Assembly: GCF_964204645.1 (NCBI RefSeq)
Contig: NC_134034.1
Coordinates: 5,864,914-5,928,913 of the forward strand
Reading direction: 5' to 3'
DNA: 64,000 nucleotides
Origin: Tubulanus polymorphus
Taxonomy: Eukaryota > Animalia > Nemertea
The position numbers were made by a program, and so were the translations under genes. Under the pieces are notes generated by a model, which was not told the DNA's origin, ran no database searches, and saw only the letters and a list, made by a program, of their open reading frames with translations. Of the stretch, positions 1-13,700 are shown piece by piece. The number at the start of each line of letters is the position of its first letter. Position 1 is the first letter of the stretch.

Positions 1-3000
1 ACCATTTTCCAAAAAAAACTGTTGATGGGACGGTTTGGATCTCTCCTTTTTTCACTAAGGACAAGTATTTTTTGTTCGTGGTGTGTACTTTCTGCAACTC
101 ACCCAAGGTTGGTTAGGAACAACCTGTATATTTCCCATAGATTCAGAGTGGATGACTTTTGGTAGAACGTCCTGGTCTTTTCCCTGTCATGAATTGTGAG
201 CAATCCATCTGTGTAGTAGTATCTTTGGTAATATCTGTATGTAGTGACTGATGAGGGCCGGACAAACAAATGGCATTCTGCAGAACGTGTACTTATTGTT
301 CTGGCAGCTACTGCGAGTGTTGCAGTTGCAGTAGGAGTGGTTCTCAATTCCAGCAGTGTCCGTAGGAAGCTTACTCGTACGGCGATTATCAGTGGATCTC
401 CTCGGTAGCACAGAAGGTGTTTTTGACAAGCAATCAACAATGGTGACTGGCTTGCCAAAGGAGGATTCGGGATTTGAATTCCCTGCCTACGTTGATTCTA
501 CCTAATATGAAATCTAAAAACATTAAAACATTTATGAACATTGATGAAATTAATAGTTATTTAGATGGTTAAGAGGTGAGGCATAGAATGTTAACCAACC
601 ATTGGGTAATGGTCATCATATTTAACTCTTGAAGCTGAATGTTTGAGTGATGCATTACCACAGGATTTCCGACAACGCCGTCACTGATATGCTTGAACGC
701 ATGTGAGATAAGAATCCATTATGTAACTCGCACTCCTGCAACAGTTTTTGAGGCTGGATACTTGGCACAGAGCTTCACCATATTGTAGTCTCCATGTAGC
801 AATTTCAAGTTGGCCACTGAGCAATTGCTGAATTTGGTCCCAGATAAGCTTTGAAAGTTATCATAAACACTCAATCACCTTAAACAAATAGTTCATTTAG
901 GTAAAACCATGTGCCCTTCAAATTGTGAAATCTATTGTAATGTCAAAATTAAGCTCAAAGATTATATCATTTAATATTCAATTGGTGACTTTCGAATGAT
1001 GATTAGTTCAGTAATTTTGAAATGAAACCTAGAGAAATGAAACAGTAGATTAAGCTTACCCTGTGAACTTTCAACTCCAAAGGCAAGCCACAACGTTTCT
1101 TTGTAGCTCGAAATCTACCTTCACTGAGAGTCGGTTGATGGCGTGGTTTGATGATGGAGCTCTTGTCATATTCGTCCAAGTTTTGCCACAGATTGATGAT
1201 TTCATGAGATTTATTATTTGTTAGAGCCAGTGAATTTTCATCTAGGTTTACCAGTTTCTCAGCCATTTCCATATCCAGCAATACCGTCTGGTCCAAAGAA
1301 TCCCGAAAAAAAAAAAATTTTGAAATTATATCCTGTTGTAATCAGATGAATCTGAAAATGTACTGTACAATGGCAACATCAACAACATCGACAATACTGT
1401 CACTACTTTAATGAAAACCATTTTGATAGAAAACCTTCAACTCCTCTGGGGGACATTCAATATAGATGGAACATTGGATAGTTCAAAGGGTTGCAGCTCT
1501 GGAGGATCAAGGATCGGTAATAGTCATTCTGGCACACCATCATTGGGCTCTTGATGCTCAGTGAATTTTCCATTACCATCGGAGTATCCGTGGACATGGT
1601 GACAACTGAAAGAATTTAGGGTGCTGATGGTGTCACTCAGAGAAACTACAATGAAAATAATACACAAAACCATTATCCTAAGGTCAAAATGAAATGGATT
1701 CAGTGATTGTCTGAGGGCTTGTCACAAAATCAACAGGAATCAATTATAGGAATGGACCCCACTTAACAGAACTGAAATGAATTGAATTATTATTCAAACA
1801 ATTTTCTAAGAACATTATGACTTACAGAAGTCTTTAGCCTCATCAGTTGGCACAGTGATTGTTAAGTCTTCTACAACATACAGAGGCAGCGGCTCATCAA
1901 CAGGGCTGTCACTCAATTCTTGGTCAGAAGAGACACTGGTACTTCTCTTATGGCCGTAAAGATGACCAATACCTAAAGGTTCACCAGTGTAAAGCAATCA
2001 CCCTTGGAATATTGGTAAAAGCTTCTTCCTAAGGAGAGTTTGACTTAAGGAGGAAATCTGTTTTGAGTAATAGCTATGATCGCTTGATCCTCGTGCCAAT
2101 TTGCTAAACCATTGACTAGGTACATCTGGATCATACGATTGACTGATTAGTTAGAGGAAGCTACAAGAGAAGATTTTGTATGTTTAAATTGTTTATCATA
2201 CCTGTAATGAATCGATTTTGAAGAAGGTGGAATGATTCTAATGACGTCGGACCATGAGCACATCTGTAGATAGGCAATGTCATCGGTCCCTTCTTGGTTG
2301 TTCCGGTTAGCATGTACAACTGAACGCTAGGTGGCTCCTGCAGGTAGGCAAAATGTTTAACTTGAGACTTATAGATCTCCGCCATGCGCTCATTGTTAAT
2401 GAGCGGAATACCGAAATAGTCTTTCCCTTTGTCGCTGAAAAAGAGAGCTATAAGCTGACAGAGTAGGCGCACAGTAGTATCTCTTCCACATGTCGTACAT
2501 TGTCGAGCAAACTCAGCCAGGGAAATTTTCTCATCTAACTGGTGGTCACTGAGACCAGTGATAGGCTCTTTCAGGGCTAATTCCTCACGCTTCGCTCTCT
2601 TTAAAAGTCAAAATCCTCAGGGTCCCACTCAAAGAAACACCGGCTAAGGCCTCTTATAAAACTCGCGTAAAGCCGATATGAATCTGTAGTACACCCTGCA
2701 GAGAACTGCTGCATGAAATTCCAAACATTCAATATGATAATGATATCTGTCCAAGGGGCTTGGTTTGTTTTCAGGACCCTAGGGCCACAACATTCCCGAT
2801 CAGTGTAAATCACCTCAGGGGTAGCACACCAGCAGTATCATACCCTTTGATTAGGCCATCGATCATTTGACCATAGCCCTCGCCAGTATTAAAAGCAGAC
2901 ATCAGGACCTGGCCATGCTCGTTCCCTACATTGGTACATTGCATCGTGGTCCACTTGGCATGACCAACAAACTTCTTGACTATTTTCTTAGTCAAGTCAC

Positions 3001-3870
3001 TTTTGAGAATTCAACCAAACAGGGATGTAATGGTTGCTTTGACTTCGTCCAATCTCACCAACACATCACTGCTGTACACAAGCATGAGCCACTGGAACTG
3101 CGGGATGTTCAAAGGCTGTGGATGGTCAGCCTTAGACAAGCCTTCACGCTCTGTTAGATACAGTGAGATACGCTTGAGGTAAGCTTCGCCATGTTGCCCC
3201 TGCAGCTTCTGGATCTGGGTAGTGCTGTAACCCAGACCTCTCTGATAAAGCAGTCATACAACTTTATTATTACACCCATATGTCTGTGTTAGTATACTGG
3301 GGAACTGTAACAGCTAGTTACGGACGCCTAGTTGTTAAATGATCCCTGTAGTCTTTCCAACATATATGCCTCTATAAATACAAGACAAAATATTTAATGA
3401 AAAATTATCCTTAAATTAACACATTGTAGTCTGCAAGTGACACTTTAACATGGGCTTCTGACATTCCAAACTTCTGTTGTGATGAAATAATGCGAATCGA
3501 TATCAAGTGCTCTGCCGCAACTGCTTGTATAAGCCTGCTGTTGTCTACTCTCTCACTGTCATATTACGACTGAACATCTAAGTTGAACATGCCACAGTTG
3601 TCGACGCATCCACACGAACAGGCGATAGGCCAAGTAAAGCTCGACGTCAGGTACCAATGGCTGTGGAGGATTCCACCAAAGCTGATTCACGCATCTAAGA
3701 TCCATCTCCGGCTTCTAACTCTTGGTTTTCATGAAGAGGGTTTTGGTGATCTACTTCTTTTCACCTTCGGACAGAGTTTGCACCATTCTGGAAAAAGCAA
3801 GCAATGGTGGTTATCGATCGCTGTTGTCATAGTCGGTGAAGTTGTAGTCGTAGTGGCTAGATAGAGAAAG
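1..3870 (-). mobile_element. Decayed DDE transposase gene of the DUF6729-associated (MULE-like) DNA transposon type
   Basis: Collinear broken ORFs carry family motifs: TKKIVKKFVGHAKWTTMQCTNVGNEHGQVLMS (2810-2995), YTDRECC..LNVWNFMQQFSAGCTTDSYRLY (2601-2813), LPIYRCAHGPTSLESFH..NRFITG (2161-2472), YTGEPLGIGHLY (1815-1997). Many stops and frameshifts; runs off the window start. Confidence 0.6.
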
Positions 3871-3934
3871 AAAAACAGTATATAAGTACACTATCTCCCT
3901 CATGCTTGAGGTTTATAAAATAAGAATTTAAATC

Positions 3935-4420
3935 AGATCGTGACATGTTCTATGATTGTGGTAAGTTTCACGGTCATTGGGTTTGTTCACTTGCGGTCAC
4001 TAGGGGACGCTGCATAGTTTAATCACTTTGTACTTTCATATATTGATACTTATGCATATTTTGTCACCACAATAAATTGCTAAGTTGTAGTTCATAACAT
4101 GTTCTATGATAGTAGTGAGTTTCATGGTAATTGGTTATTCTTAATGGTCACTAGAATAACTTAGTATTTCCTTATTATACCTAGGCATATTTTGTTTCCA
4201 TAATCAATTGCGAGATAATTTCCACTTTATATTGGTACCTAGACATATTTTGTTATTGCAGTCAATTGCATAATTGTAGCTCGTGACATGTTCTATGATT
4301 GTGGTGAGTTTCAAGGTCATAAGTTTTTGTATATGGTCGCCAGGGCGCATTGAATTTGTATGATTGTTGAGCACTTGAAACCACTTCCCAAATGGGCATG
4401 GTGTCCCTGGACCCCTAGTT
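3935..4420. repeat. Non-autonomous repeat with three diverged internal units and terminus GGCATGGTGTCCCTGGACCCCTAGTT
   Basis: ACATGTTCTATGAT..TG.T.AGTTTCA.GGT.AT recurs at about 3943, 4097 and 4286. The terminal 26-mer at 4395-4420 recurs inverted at about 51211-51236. Confidence 0.5.
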
Positions 4421-4671
4421 CTGTAATGTAGTATCATTGCTTGTCCATACAGACAATATCTCTTCATAACGATTTACACTTAGAGCCTTAATAGCATGTT
4501 TTTGCCCTAAACTGGCAGACCAGTTATTTCTTCTAAAGGGTAACTTTACAATAGACATGTACATGATCATTCCAATAGCTTTTCTTTAGTCTTCATTTGT
4601 AACCGCAATATAGCTTTGTATAAAATATCCGAGTACATATAGTATTTAGTAGAATAGTGAAATTGTACCGC

Positions 4672-6000
4672 TTAACTCTTTCCCAGCCATGAGCCATTAT
4701 AATGGCTTATGGCAGGGAATAGCTAGTATATCTAACAATAGCGAATAACAAGCCATTTTGTTTAGGTCCGGGTCGATGGAGGGCTGTTGGAGGGGGTCAA
4801 TCTTCAAAATATTATGGGTCACAAAAAGCTCATCCTTGTCATGTTCTTTCTAGTAAAGTTGAAAAAGCTTCAGAACAAGTTTTTGTTGTAAACATTAGAC
4901 TTTGGGGGTCCAAAAGCAACATCTGTCCTTGGGGGTGAAAATATGGTTCGAATCCCAAAAAATCTAAATTCTTTTTTTTATGTATGACCTTTTTTAAACA
5001 TTTTTTTCATTTATTATATTTATGTTAATTCATACAAATTACGTTGTTCTCAGTGTTTTACGAATTACAATCTTCTTCCGCTATGGTAGAAATCGAATCT
5101 GTCTGGGTGAAGTGTTGGCTGGTTGACGCAAGTATCAAAGATATATTTTACAGACTGAAACCACACACCTATTTGGTGAAATTGAATGTTCAGACGTTTT
5201 AATGGAGGCCCCTGGGCTGCACGTCCACGTTAAACTGGTGGGGGTAACAGGGTAATGTTCCCATAAGATGGAGAAGTAATTCTTCGCAAAATTTCATCAG
5301 GGAATATCTTTTGTCGATATCTGGTATTTTCAGTTTTTCCAATACATAGGCATTGGTGATATAGTAGTTGTTCATCTGATCATGTAGGCCTAAATTGTAA
5401 TGCTGCACACCTCGGATGTCTCGGCCTGAGGTGGTATTCAACTTCTCTGTGCCGCTAAAGAGGAATCTTTTCTCGTAAAGATTTTCAGCCAATGGAATAC
5501 TGGTAAAGAGTCTGCGGCAGTTAAGTGGTGACCCCTGTTAGCAATCGGAGCCGCTACATTTGGTTTGGCTGGTAACAGAAATTCTAGTCTCGCAAACTCC
5601 GTTAACGTCTCTGCCGCAGTATAGCTTTGCATTCAATGAATACCCGGAATGCGGGCAAACGAGGCTTTTCACCATAATGCCCCATTTTGTCTGCTTTTTT
5701 GGGCAATACATCTTCAATATCGCTTGGCCCTTGTACCCGTTCATCGATTCATACATACTCAGCTCGCAAAGTGGAATATAATGATGCTGATTGTTCTTGA
5801 TGATGTTCTCTGGGAGTGGAGTTATCTTATGACTTATGTGGTCCCTCGGATGAGTTTGACTAACATGTAGTGCAGTGTGAAATAAAATTTAGAATCTACT
5901 ACGTGACATCGTATCCCAAAAAACAGCACTTGTGTGTTCCATGACGTCGACCATTAGGTCTTAATCGAAGGTCACCTGATGATCCCCATATTCACAGACC
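4672..6000 (-). mobile_element. piggyBac (PGBD/DDE_Tnp_1_7) transposon relic
   Basis: YESMNGYKGQAILKMYCPKKQTKWGIMVKSLVCPHSGY (5538-5756) matches the piggyBac DESM..FKG....QY.P.KP.KWG motif. YN..HDQMNNYY..NAYVL at 5199-5492. TTAA followed by a palindromic terminus at 4672-4722. Confidence 0.75.
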
Positions 6001-7039
6001 TGGGAACCATTCTGTTTTCCCCAGAATCATTACGTAAATGAAAGTGAAATTACGGTGTTACGTTTATCCAGAAATGTTACGTATTTCAATTAGATTCAAA
6101 ATCTGGGAATATTTTTCCATAACGTTTAAATGAATATCATTTATTACACGAATAAAAGTTGTTATATTGTTCATTTACTTGCTTTCATTTACTTGCTTTT
6201 GTGGTAAATTGATAGAAAAAGATTCGTTTGAAACTATTTGAACAGAATTAATTATGCATCCGTCCGGTGTCATCTTGACGAAAAAAACTTTTGTATCGAT
6301 ATGCGGATGAATTTTAAACAATACTAATTTGCATTAAAAAACGTCGTACTGGTGGACCAACATTATGTAGTTTATACTTGGAATCGGAATCGAATGCATG
6401 TTGCGATGCGGTTAAATCGCTACAGTCCTGCATCTGTACGGGTATCGTCTTGTTAACCCTACGTCATAATTGCGCTGCAATATGATGTTTAGATATGTTG
6501 TTGAGACAATTTCCCATCAGAGTAGCTACAGATTGTCGCGGCATCTATGAGTTCTATCAGCGCACCAGTTTCATTCGCACGTGGCAGTGGCCTTGTGTTG
6601 AATGGTATAGTTAGTAAATGTCACTGAGAGTCTTCGACCGAAATTGTTGCCAACCCGACCATATAGAAAGTTTCTGTCTAGTTGCATATGGAGCATTTTA
6701 GTATATGAATCAATTAAGATGATTGACAGACACGGGTGCGGTTATATCAGCTGTCGAAGACGTTCGATGTAAACAGTAATATAAAGCACATGTGCGATGA
6801 AAGCAGGGACATCAAACTAAGAAGCACTGAATTTTTGAATTACATGTGATTTGAAAAGGCGTCTGTGCTGGTTTTTCAAAAAGTCGAATCTTAAATGACT
6901 CCTATTGCATATTCCTAAGCCTCTGGAATTGAATTGAATTCGACACAGTAATTCGCCTCTAATTTGCGATGAATCTTCTTGAAAATTAGCTTGAAGATTG
7001 GGTGTGGCGAGGTGTCCTCCCCTATTGTGAAAAAAGGTC

Positions 7040-7385
7040 ATGGGTGATCAAATATGGCTGCCATTGGGGTGACCATCTTGAATTTCTTGTTAGCACAATG
7101 CAGCCCCCAATTCTTGGTGGATTTACGTAAAATTTGGCGTGAGGATCAGGGTAGGTAAGTTATCCATGCCTATTGTATATGGAGGTCATCGGCTTTTAAA
7201 CATGGCTGCCAGTTCAGCCATCTTTAATTTCTAGCACGAAATGGCCTGCAATTATTGATACATTTTCATGATACAAGGTGTAAGAATTTTGGTAGGTGAG
7301 ATGTCTACCCCTAATTGAAAATTGAGTTCAAGTATGGCCGCCAGGGTTGCTATCCATCTTGGATTTCGTTTCAGCACAATGCCTA
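7040..7385. repeat. Non-autonomous interspersed repeat with ATGGC(C/T)GCC / CCATCTTG cores
   Basis: Three diverged units with atggc(t/c)gcc followed by ccatctt...tt...agcac, typical of Helentron-associated/pearl-like repeats. Confidence 0.4.
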
Positions 7386-10032
7386 CACCAATTGTTCATG
7401 CATTTTTTCATGTATTGTGTGATCTTTGGGGCAGCTAAAATGGGCTTTTCTTGTCTTGTAAGGATAAATGAACAGAAAATGAACATCATCGCCACATAGC
7501 CTATACCATCTTGACTTTTTATATACTTGTTTCATCGTTACAATGTCAATCTTACTGTAAAACTTTGAATACTGGATCATTCTTCTTCTACTGCGCCATG
7601 AAGGTATAAGGCCTGTGGGCCTCTTGTTATAATGGTCCGCCAAGTTCATCATGACAGTGCAACCTTTGCAATTGTCTGGTAAGTTGTCATTTTCTGCCCT
7701 CGTGTAGACATTGCAAACAGTACCCGCTAATGGAATCACAAAGGCACCGAACTTTCATAACCCTCTTAATCTGTTCCAAACTTTCATATCCCTCTTAACC
7801 TATTTCTTGGCATTTATTGTTTCCAGGCTAAACGGCCGTCAAACTTGATCATCGCTCCATCCACTGACATCGTTTGCATAGTTGTTTGTATGGAAGGTGT
7901 CAGGGGCCTTATTGACAAGGTATCGAACTTCAGTTATCGCTTGCATCTTTATCACTGGGAAGTGAACATTGACTATTCGTTTCAGGGCTTTGCGCACGTA
8001 AGATATTCATATATGCCATTCATAGTAATAGGCTTTTAAAAAAGCCTTCCCTTGGTTTGCAAGAATGATACGATACGATAGCACAGCTAACACCCGCATA
8101 ATTGGGACACCATCCTAAAAAGAGTCTCCGCCTTAAACCAGACAGACCATGCTTTCGTAAAGACAGAGAAAACAATTTTTTCTACGTTCTTAAATTTTAT
8201 TTTTGAGAAAATACAACCAACCGACCACCCACTGAAGATGTATGCGCTTCTAACATGTGTCACTTAATTACCCGGTAGTTGCTTTGCGGTTATTGATCTA
8301 CTCACTATTGCTAGCTTTGTGAAAACCTGCCTTGACGCATTGCCCAGGTTTAGTTTTCAATGAAACTGGTTACATTACAAGCGGCTGCTGGGCATGATGA
8401 GGCTACTGGTATAAATCTTCTAAATCATGAAAAGGCCTATTAAGAGATCATTATGAATTATAATCATTTTAATGGTCACTGTGTAGGGGCACTGAATCAA
8501 TGAGGTGATACAATTTAAACGCTATCATGGAAGAGTTTGTAATGAGTTCAAGAAAATTGATTGAATGTAATGAGCTGGTACCTGGGTATGACTACCTGTT
8601 CACATCTTCTATATCTGTTGGCTTCTTATGAACTTTCGCTTTTGCGAAGTCCATTTTGTTATCGCATATGAAACTTTCTTCCTTTGGTACAAAATAACTT
8701 CCAATTGAGGCTTAGTTTCTCTTCGGAACTTTTAAAACATTCAATACAGTAAGAAAAGCTCTACTATTGAATTTCATCGGAATCCGTTGCTTATTTATTG
8801 ATTTAGTTATTTATTAGTTGTTGGAACTATATTTCGTTTCGGAAGAACACATGCCCTTTTACGTATATTCATGTTTTACACATGTGCGCGGTACAGACTC
8901 GCTGCTATGTGATTTATTGATCTGCGCATGTATATGAAAAGTGCGCTTCGCGCGTGGACTATTTAAAGTTGTCCTGGGACGGCAAATGATTCAACTGCCA
9001 GGGTTGGTCGCGGACAGCCGCGAAAAGCAAAGGATTTTATAGATGGGCAGTAGAATTGAGAAAGGGGAAGTGAAGTGTCTTGGAAATCGTTCAATATACG
9101 AAAGTAAATTGTCTAACAAACTTCGTACACGGAGTATGAAATAAATGGAATCGTCACACCATGAATGTGAAGTTGTCTATTAGTCAGCGGGAAAAACCCA
9201 CTACCATGTATATTCGTGGTGAATAGTCATTCAGTTGTGTGTGATGGAGATCGTATCAGTAGACAGATTTTGATGAAATCTTCTTCATTCAATCAGGGGG
9301 GGGGGGCATCTTGGGCTTTTTGATTACTTGGAGCACGGATTCTCTGAAATTCGGCCAATTGAACTTCATGCCGAAAATAGATATGTTTCCATTCATAATT
9401 TGAAAAAAAGACATTTTTTTTCTTGATATTTTCTGTCCTTATTTTCGATCTAATTGTCTGTATAAAGGGTTCTCCCATCATTTGAATCTAATCCATTTTC
9501 ACTCTTTTTCTTTTGTTCTGCTTTATAGAGTTCCAATGTTAAATTTTGATGCTGATTAAACATAACTCATGTAAATTTAGGAAAGTCCATACTAAGAATT
9601 TCGTTTTTTGTTCTGTACTGCATTCATGCCTGTGGGATGTGGAGTCAGTAACGTGACTAATGCTAGTGACAAACTGTGATAAGGTATATTTCATTTCAAA
9701 CAACTATCTGGACAAACACATTTACTGTTTCATTAGGGAAGGTACTTTATTAGATCGGTTTGTGGAGGTGGTAATTCAACATGGCCTGGAACTTTTTACA
9801 GTCATTGAATTATCGAAAGATCCGATAAATGGGGTTAAATCCGCTGCAAAAATAGATCCGGCAATTTGTATTCAAGATTATTTCAGATTATATTGGGTTT
9901 ATATTGGGTTTGAGGGTCCTCCCCCAAGAAAATTTGGAAAATTTGAAGCATTTTCCGAGTATCTGGAACAGTTTTTATTTGTAAGGAATAAATGAAAAAT
10001 AACCAGAATATAAACATGACCAATGGATTTAT

Positions 10033-10359
10033 TTAATAAACTTTCCGAATATCTGAAGTCTGTTCAGACGCATCCACAAATTCATTTGCAACGTCCACGA
10101 GGTCCATGCCTTCTAGAATTTCGCGCTGAGAATGAAGCATCATAACGTGGTTTAAACGGTTTTGGTTCATGGTGGATCGCAAATAGGTCTTTACTCTTTT
10201 CAAAACACTAAACATTCGTTCACTTTCCGCATTTGTCGCTGGCATGACGAGAATCAATTTGACGATCCTATGGACTTCAGACAATAAATTTTGATGAGCG
10301 GGTGTAAGAGTTTTTTTTGAAATATTTGATAATTTCTGATATACTCCCTTTGCGATCAT
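10033..10359 (-). pseudogene. hAT transposase C-terminal dimerisation domain fragment (ZMYM1-like)
   Basis: LILVMPATNAESERMFSVLKRVKTYLRSTMNQNRLNHVMMLH is the canonical hAT SER.FS...K...R motif; upstream domains are missing. Confidence 0.85.
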
Positions 10360-10979
10360 CGGGGATGTTTACTGAAAATGATGGGCGCGATAAATGTGCA
10401 AACGCTGGACAGTTACGGCCGGATTCTCAGTCATTCACGAAAGAGTCACATGTTGACGATATGTTAACTGTAATTTTGAATGATCTGCAGAGGATCCCCG
10501 AATTCTAGTTGATTCTGCGATGAACAAAACTAGCGATGCGTTGTGTAGGTATAGCGTCCCAGAATCCAGTTGGTGATAGCAAGTAGTACGCATTTCTCTG
10601 TTTTGAAGATCTTTCGATTACTGACTGGAAATAGCTTTGTGACAGAATTTTGTGATACAATGATAGTAACGTGAAGATCTGACATCAGAGCAGTGTTCAG
10701 TCAATAACACAACACAAATACAGTTAACCTTGTCAACCAAAAGAAAAAAATTATCATCATCCAAAATAAGTTCAGGTGTAACTGAGATTATATATTTGTC
10801 CACATAAAAATTTATCCAATTCATCTTCATGTTTCAGTTATACTAACAAACAAAAATTTAAACCTATGAAAATGAAAATTGCAGATTAAACCATTTGTAT
10901 GGTCGAAATAGTTTGTTGCGACTGTAAAACCACCCGCCTGTGATCAGTGACTTTGTAATAGTAACTCCTACCATAACAG

Positions 10980-11580
10980 CTCGACTTCATCTGCATCATT
11001 CCCTGCAAACTGAGATGTATTGATCTATTATCACATCCGTCTAATTGTTAGAGAATACCAAAATGACTTCAAAAAAGAATACAAACACACCTCAACTTCC
11101 TCTGCGGCATTCCCAGCTGACTAAGATGTATTGAAAAAAATACAAACTATCATCACGTCTGTCTAATCGGTAGAGAATTTCGATATGACTTTAAAAACAA
11201 TAAAAAAGAAGGAAAACATACCTCGACTTCATCTGCGGCACTCCCAACGGACTGAGATGTATTAAAAAACATACAAACTATTATCACATCCGTTTCATTG
11301 GAAGAGAATTTCGAAATGACTTCAAAAAAGAAAAAAACACCTCAACTTCCTCTGCGGCATTCCCAGCGGACTAAGATGTATTGAAAAAAATACAAACTAT
11401 TATCACGTCTGGTTCATCGGTAGAGAATTTCGAAATTACTTTAAAAACAAAAAAAGAATGAAATCACACCTCAACTTCATCTGCGGCATTCCCAACGGAC
11501 TGAGATGTATTGAAAAACATACAAACTATTATCACATCTGTCTAATCGGTAGAGAATATCGAAATGACTTCAAAAAAGAA
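10980..11580. repeat. Tandem array, ~120-bp unit (array 1, ~5 copies)
   Basis: Unit ACACCTC(G/A)ACTTC(A/C)TCTGCGGCATTCCCA.CGGACT.AGATGTATTGAAAAA..TACAAACTATTATCAC.TC.G...AGAGAATTTCGAAATGACTT is repeated. Confidence 0.9.
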
Positions 11581-11735
11581 ATATAGCTGCATAGCAGCGA
11601 TAACGTGTTTCTGCCTAACTGGTTCATATATCGCACTGGGAAGCGTCATCGAAATAATTGTAATCAGTTAATAACATATGACTTATCTCCAAGAAGCGCA
11701 ACCTGGGTCAACAATATCCTGGATAATGTGGATCC
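11581..11735 (+). repeat. Dispersed repeat head ATATAGCTGCATAGCAGCGATAACG
   Basis: About 155 bp homologous to 48854-49010; more diverged copies at about 13741 and 45455. Confidence 0.7.
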
Positions 11736-12469
11736 AGCTACATACAACGGCTACCACATAAAACGTATTGATGTACCGAAATGGCTATGTAGAAGATATG
11801 GTCCTTTCAAAGTCCCCTGGTGGCAGTTGCATGAACTAGTCTGTCGCACATGCTCTCCTTGCGCGTTGTGATCCATAATTTCGTTAATACTAGGTTGATC
11901 TACCTTTATGCATCAATTTGTTCAGTGAGGAATTTGCATTCAGAAATAAACAAAGATTTTTAACAAAGTTGTTTTGTTTTCATTAATCGGTGATAGTTCA
12001 CATATTGCACATATGTTTGAAAACGAACTTAACCACGTATACTCAATGAACATAAATTTACTTCAATCACAAAGAGGGAATTATAGGTTACAAAATTATT
12101 GCATTGTCTGGATTCGAACATGATGTGGCATCAACTGTGTCGACGTCTTTGAAGCGATTAAGGTAATGTTGAGTTCATCTGCCAAACAGAAGTTATACTG
12201 GTAGTACAAAATGGTGGCGATAGATGAAACAGAAACTGGAAATGACGGATCAGGACTTATATCAGTCCGATTACGTGAAAACAAAATGGCTTTTTTGAAT
12301 GGCTCACATATGAATCAGATAGCGGGAATTGACGTGTCCGGACTGATACGAGTCCGAATCCGTGATTTACGGTTGAGTTGACGCTCAAGGTCGTCCGATA
12401 ATTTTAGGCTTTTCAGGGCGCACTTTATCAATGGATGACAATTCTGCAAGAGCAGCAGAAACCTTAATG

Positions 12470-13700
12470 AAAAGACACCTCGACTTCATATACGGCATGC
12501 CCAGCAACTGAGATGTATTGGAAAACATACAATCTATTATCACATCTGTGTCATCAGGAGAGAATCTCAAAATAAACACGAATGAAAACACACCTCGACT
12601 TCATCTGCGAAGTTCCCAGCGGATTGAAATATATTGAAAAACATACAAACTTTTATCACATCTGTCTCAAGAAGAGAATTTCGAAATGAATTTTAAAAAA
12701 TCATGTTAGAACACACACCTTGACTTCATCTGCAGCATTCCCAGCAGACTGAAATACATGTATATTGAAAAACATACAAACTATTATCACATCTGTCTAA
12801 AATAAAAAAAGAACACACACCTCGACTTCATCTGCGGCATAACCAGCGGACTGAACTATATTGAAAAACATACAATCTATCATCACATCTGTCTCATCGG
12901 TAGAGAATTTCGAATTTACTTTTAAAAAAGAATGAAAACACCTCGACTTCATATGCGACATGCCCGGCAACTGAGATGTATTGGAAAACATACAATCTAA
13001 TATCACATCTGTCTCATCAGGAGAGAATCTCGAAAAAACACGAATGAAAACACACCTCGACTTCATCTGCAAGGTTCCCAGCGGATTGAAATATATTGAA
13101 AAACATACAAACTTTTATCACATCTGTCTCATGGAAGACAATTTCGAAATGAATTTAAAAAAATCATGTTAGAACACACACCTTGACTTCATCTGCAGCA
13201 TTCCCAGCAGACTGAAATACATGTATATTGAAAAACATACAAACTATAATCACATCTGTCTAAAAAAAACATGAATGAAAACACACCTCGACTTCCTCTG
13301 CGGCATAACCAGCGGACTGAAATATATTGAAAAACATACAATCTATCATCACATCTGTCTCATCGGTAGAGAATTTCGAATTTACTTTTAAAAAAGAATG
13401 AAAACACCTCGACTTCATCTGCCGCATTCCCAGTGGCGTGAGATGTATCTAAAACATTCTGCGGACTGAAATATATTGAAAAACATAAAAACTATTACAT
13501 GTATCACATCTGTCTCATCAGAAGAGAATTCCGAAATGACTTAAAAAAACAGAGTGAAAACACACCTCAGAGTTGATCTGCAACATTCTCCAACGGACTG
13601 AAACGCATTGAAAAACATACACACAATTATCACATCTGTCTAAAAGAAATGAATGAACACACACCTGGACTTCATCTGCTGCATTACCACACGACTGAAA
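12470..13700. repeat. Tandem array of the same ~120-bp family (array 2, ~11 copies, with a ~460-bp higher-order duplication)
   Basis: Same unit as 10980-11580; block ~12475-12935 is nearly repeated at ~12937-13400. Confidence 0.9.

Noticed and set aside
7383-7739. 118-aa ORF
   Set aside because: No recognisable motif or splice support.
8880-9150. CpG-rich promoter-like stretch and ATG as the yjbQ first exon
   Set aside because: No frame resembles the YjbQ N-terminus.
10980-13700. Regular repeats as a CRISPR array; ORFs 12385-12591, 12797-13072 and 12981-13172
   Set aside because: Head-to-tail diverged units without unique spacers, eukaryotic context, no cas genes; the ORFs are repeat translations.
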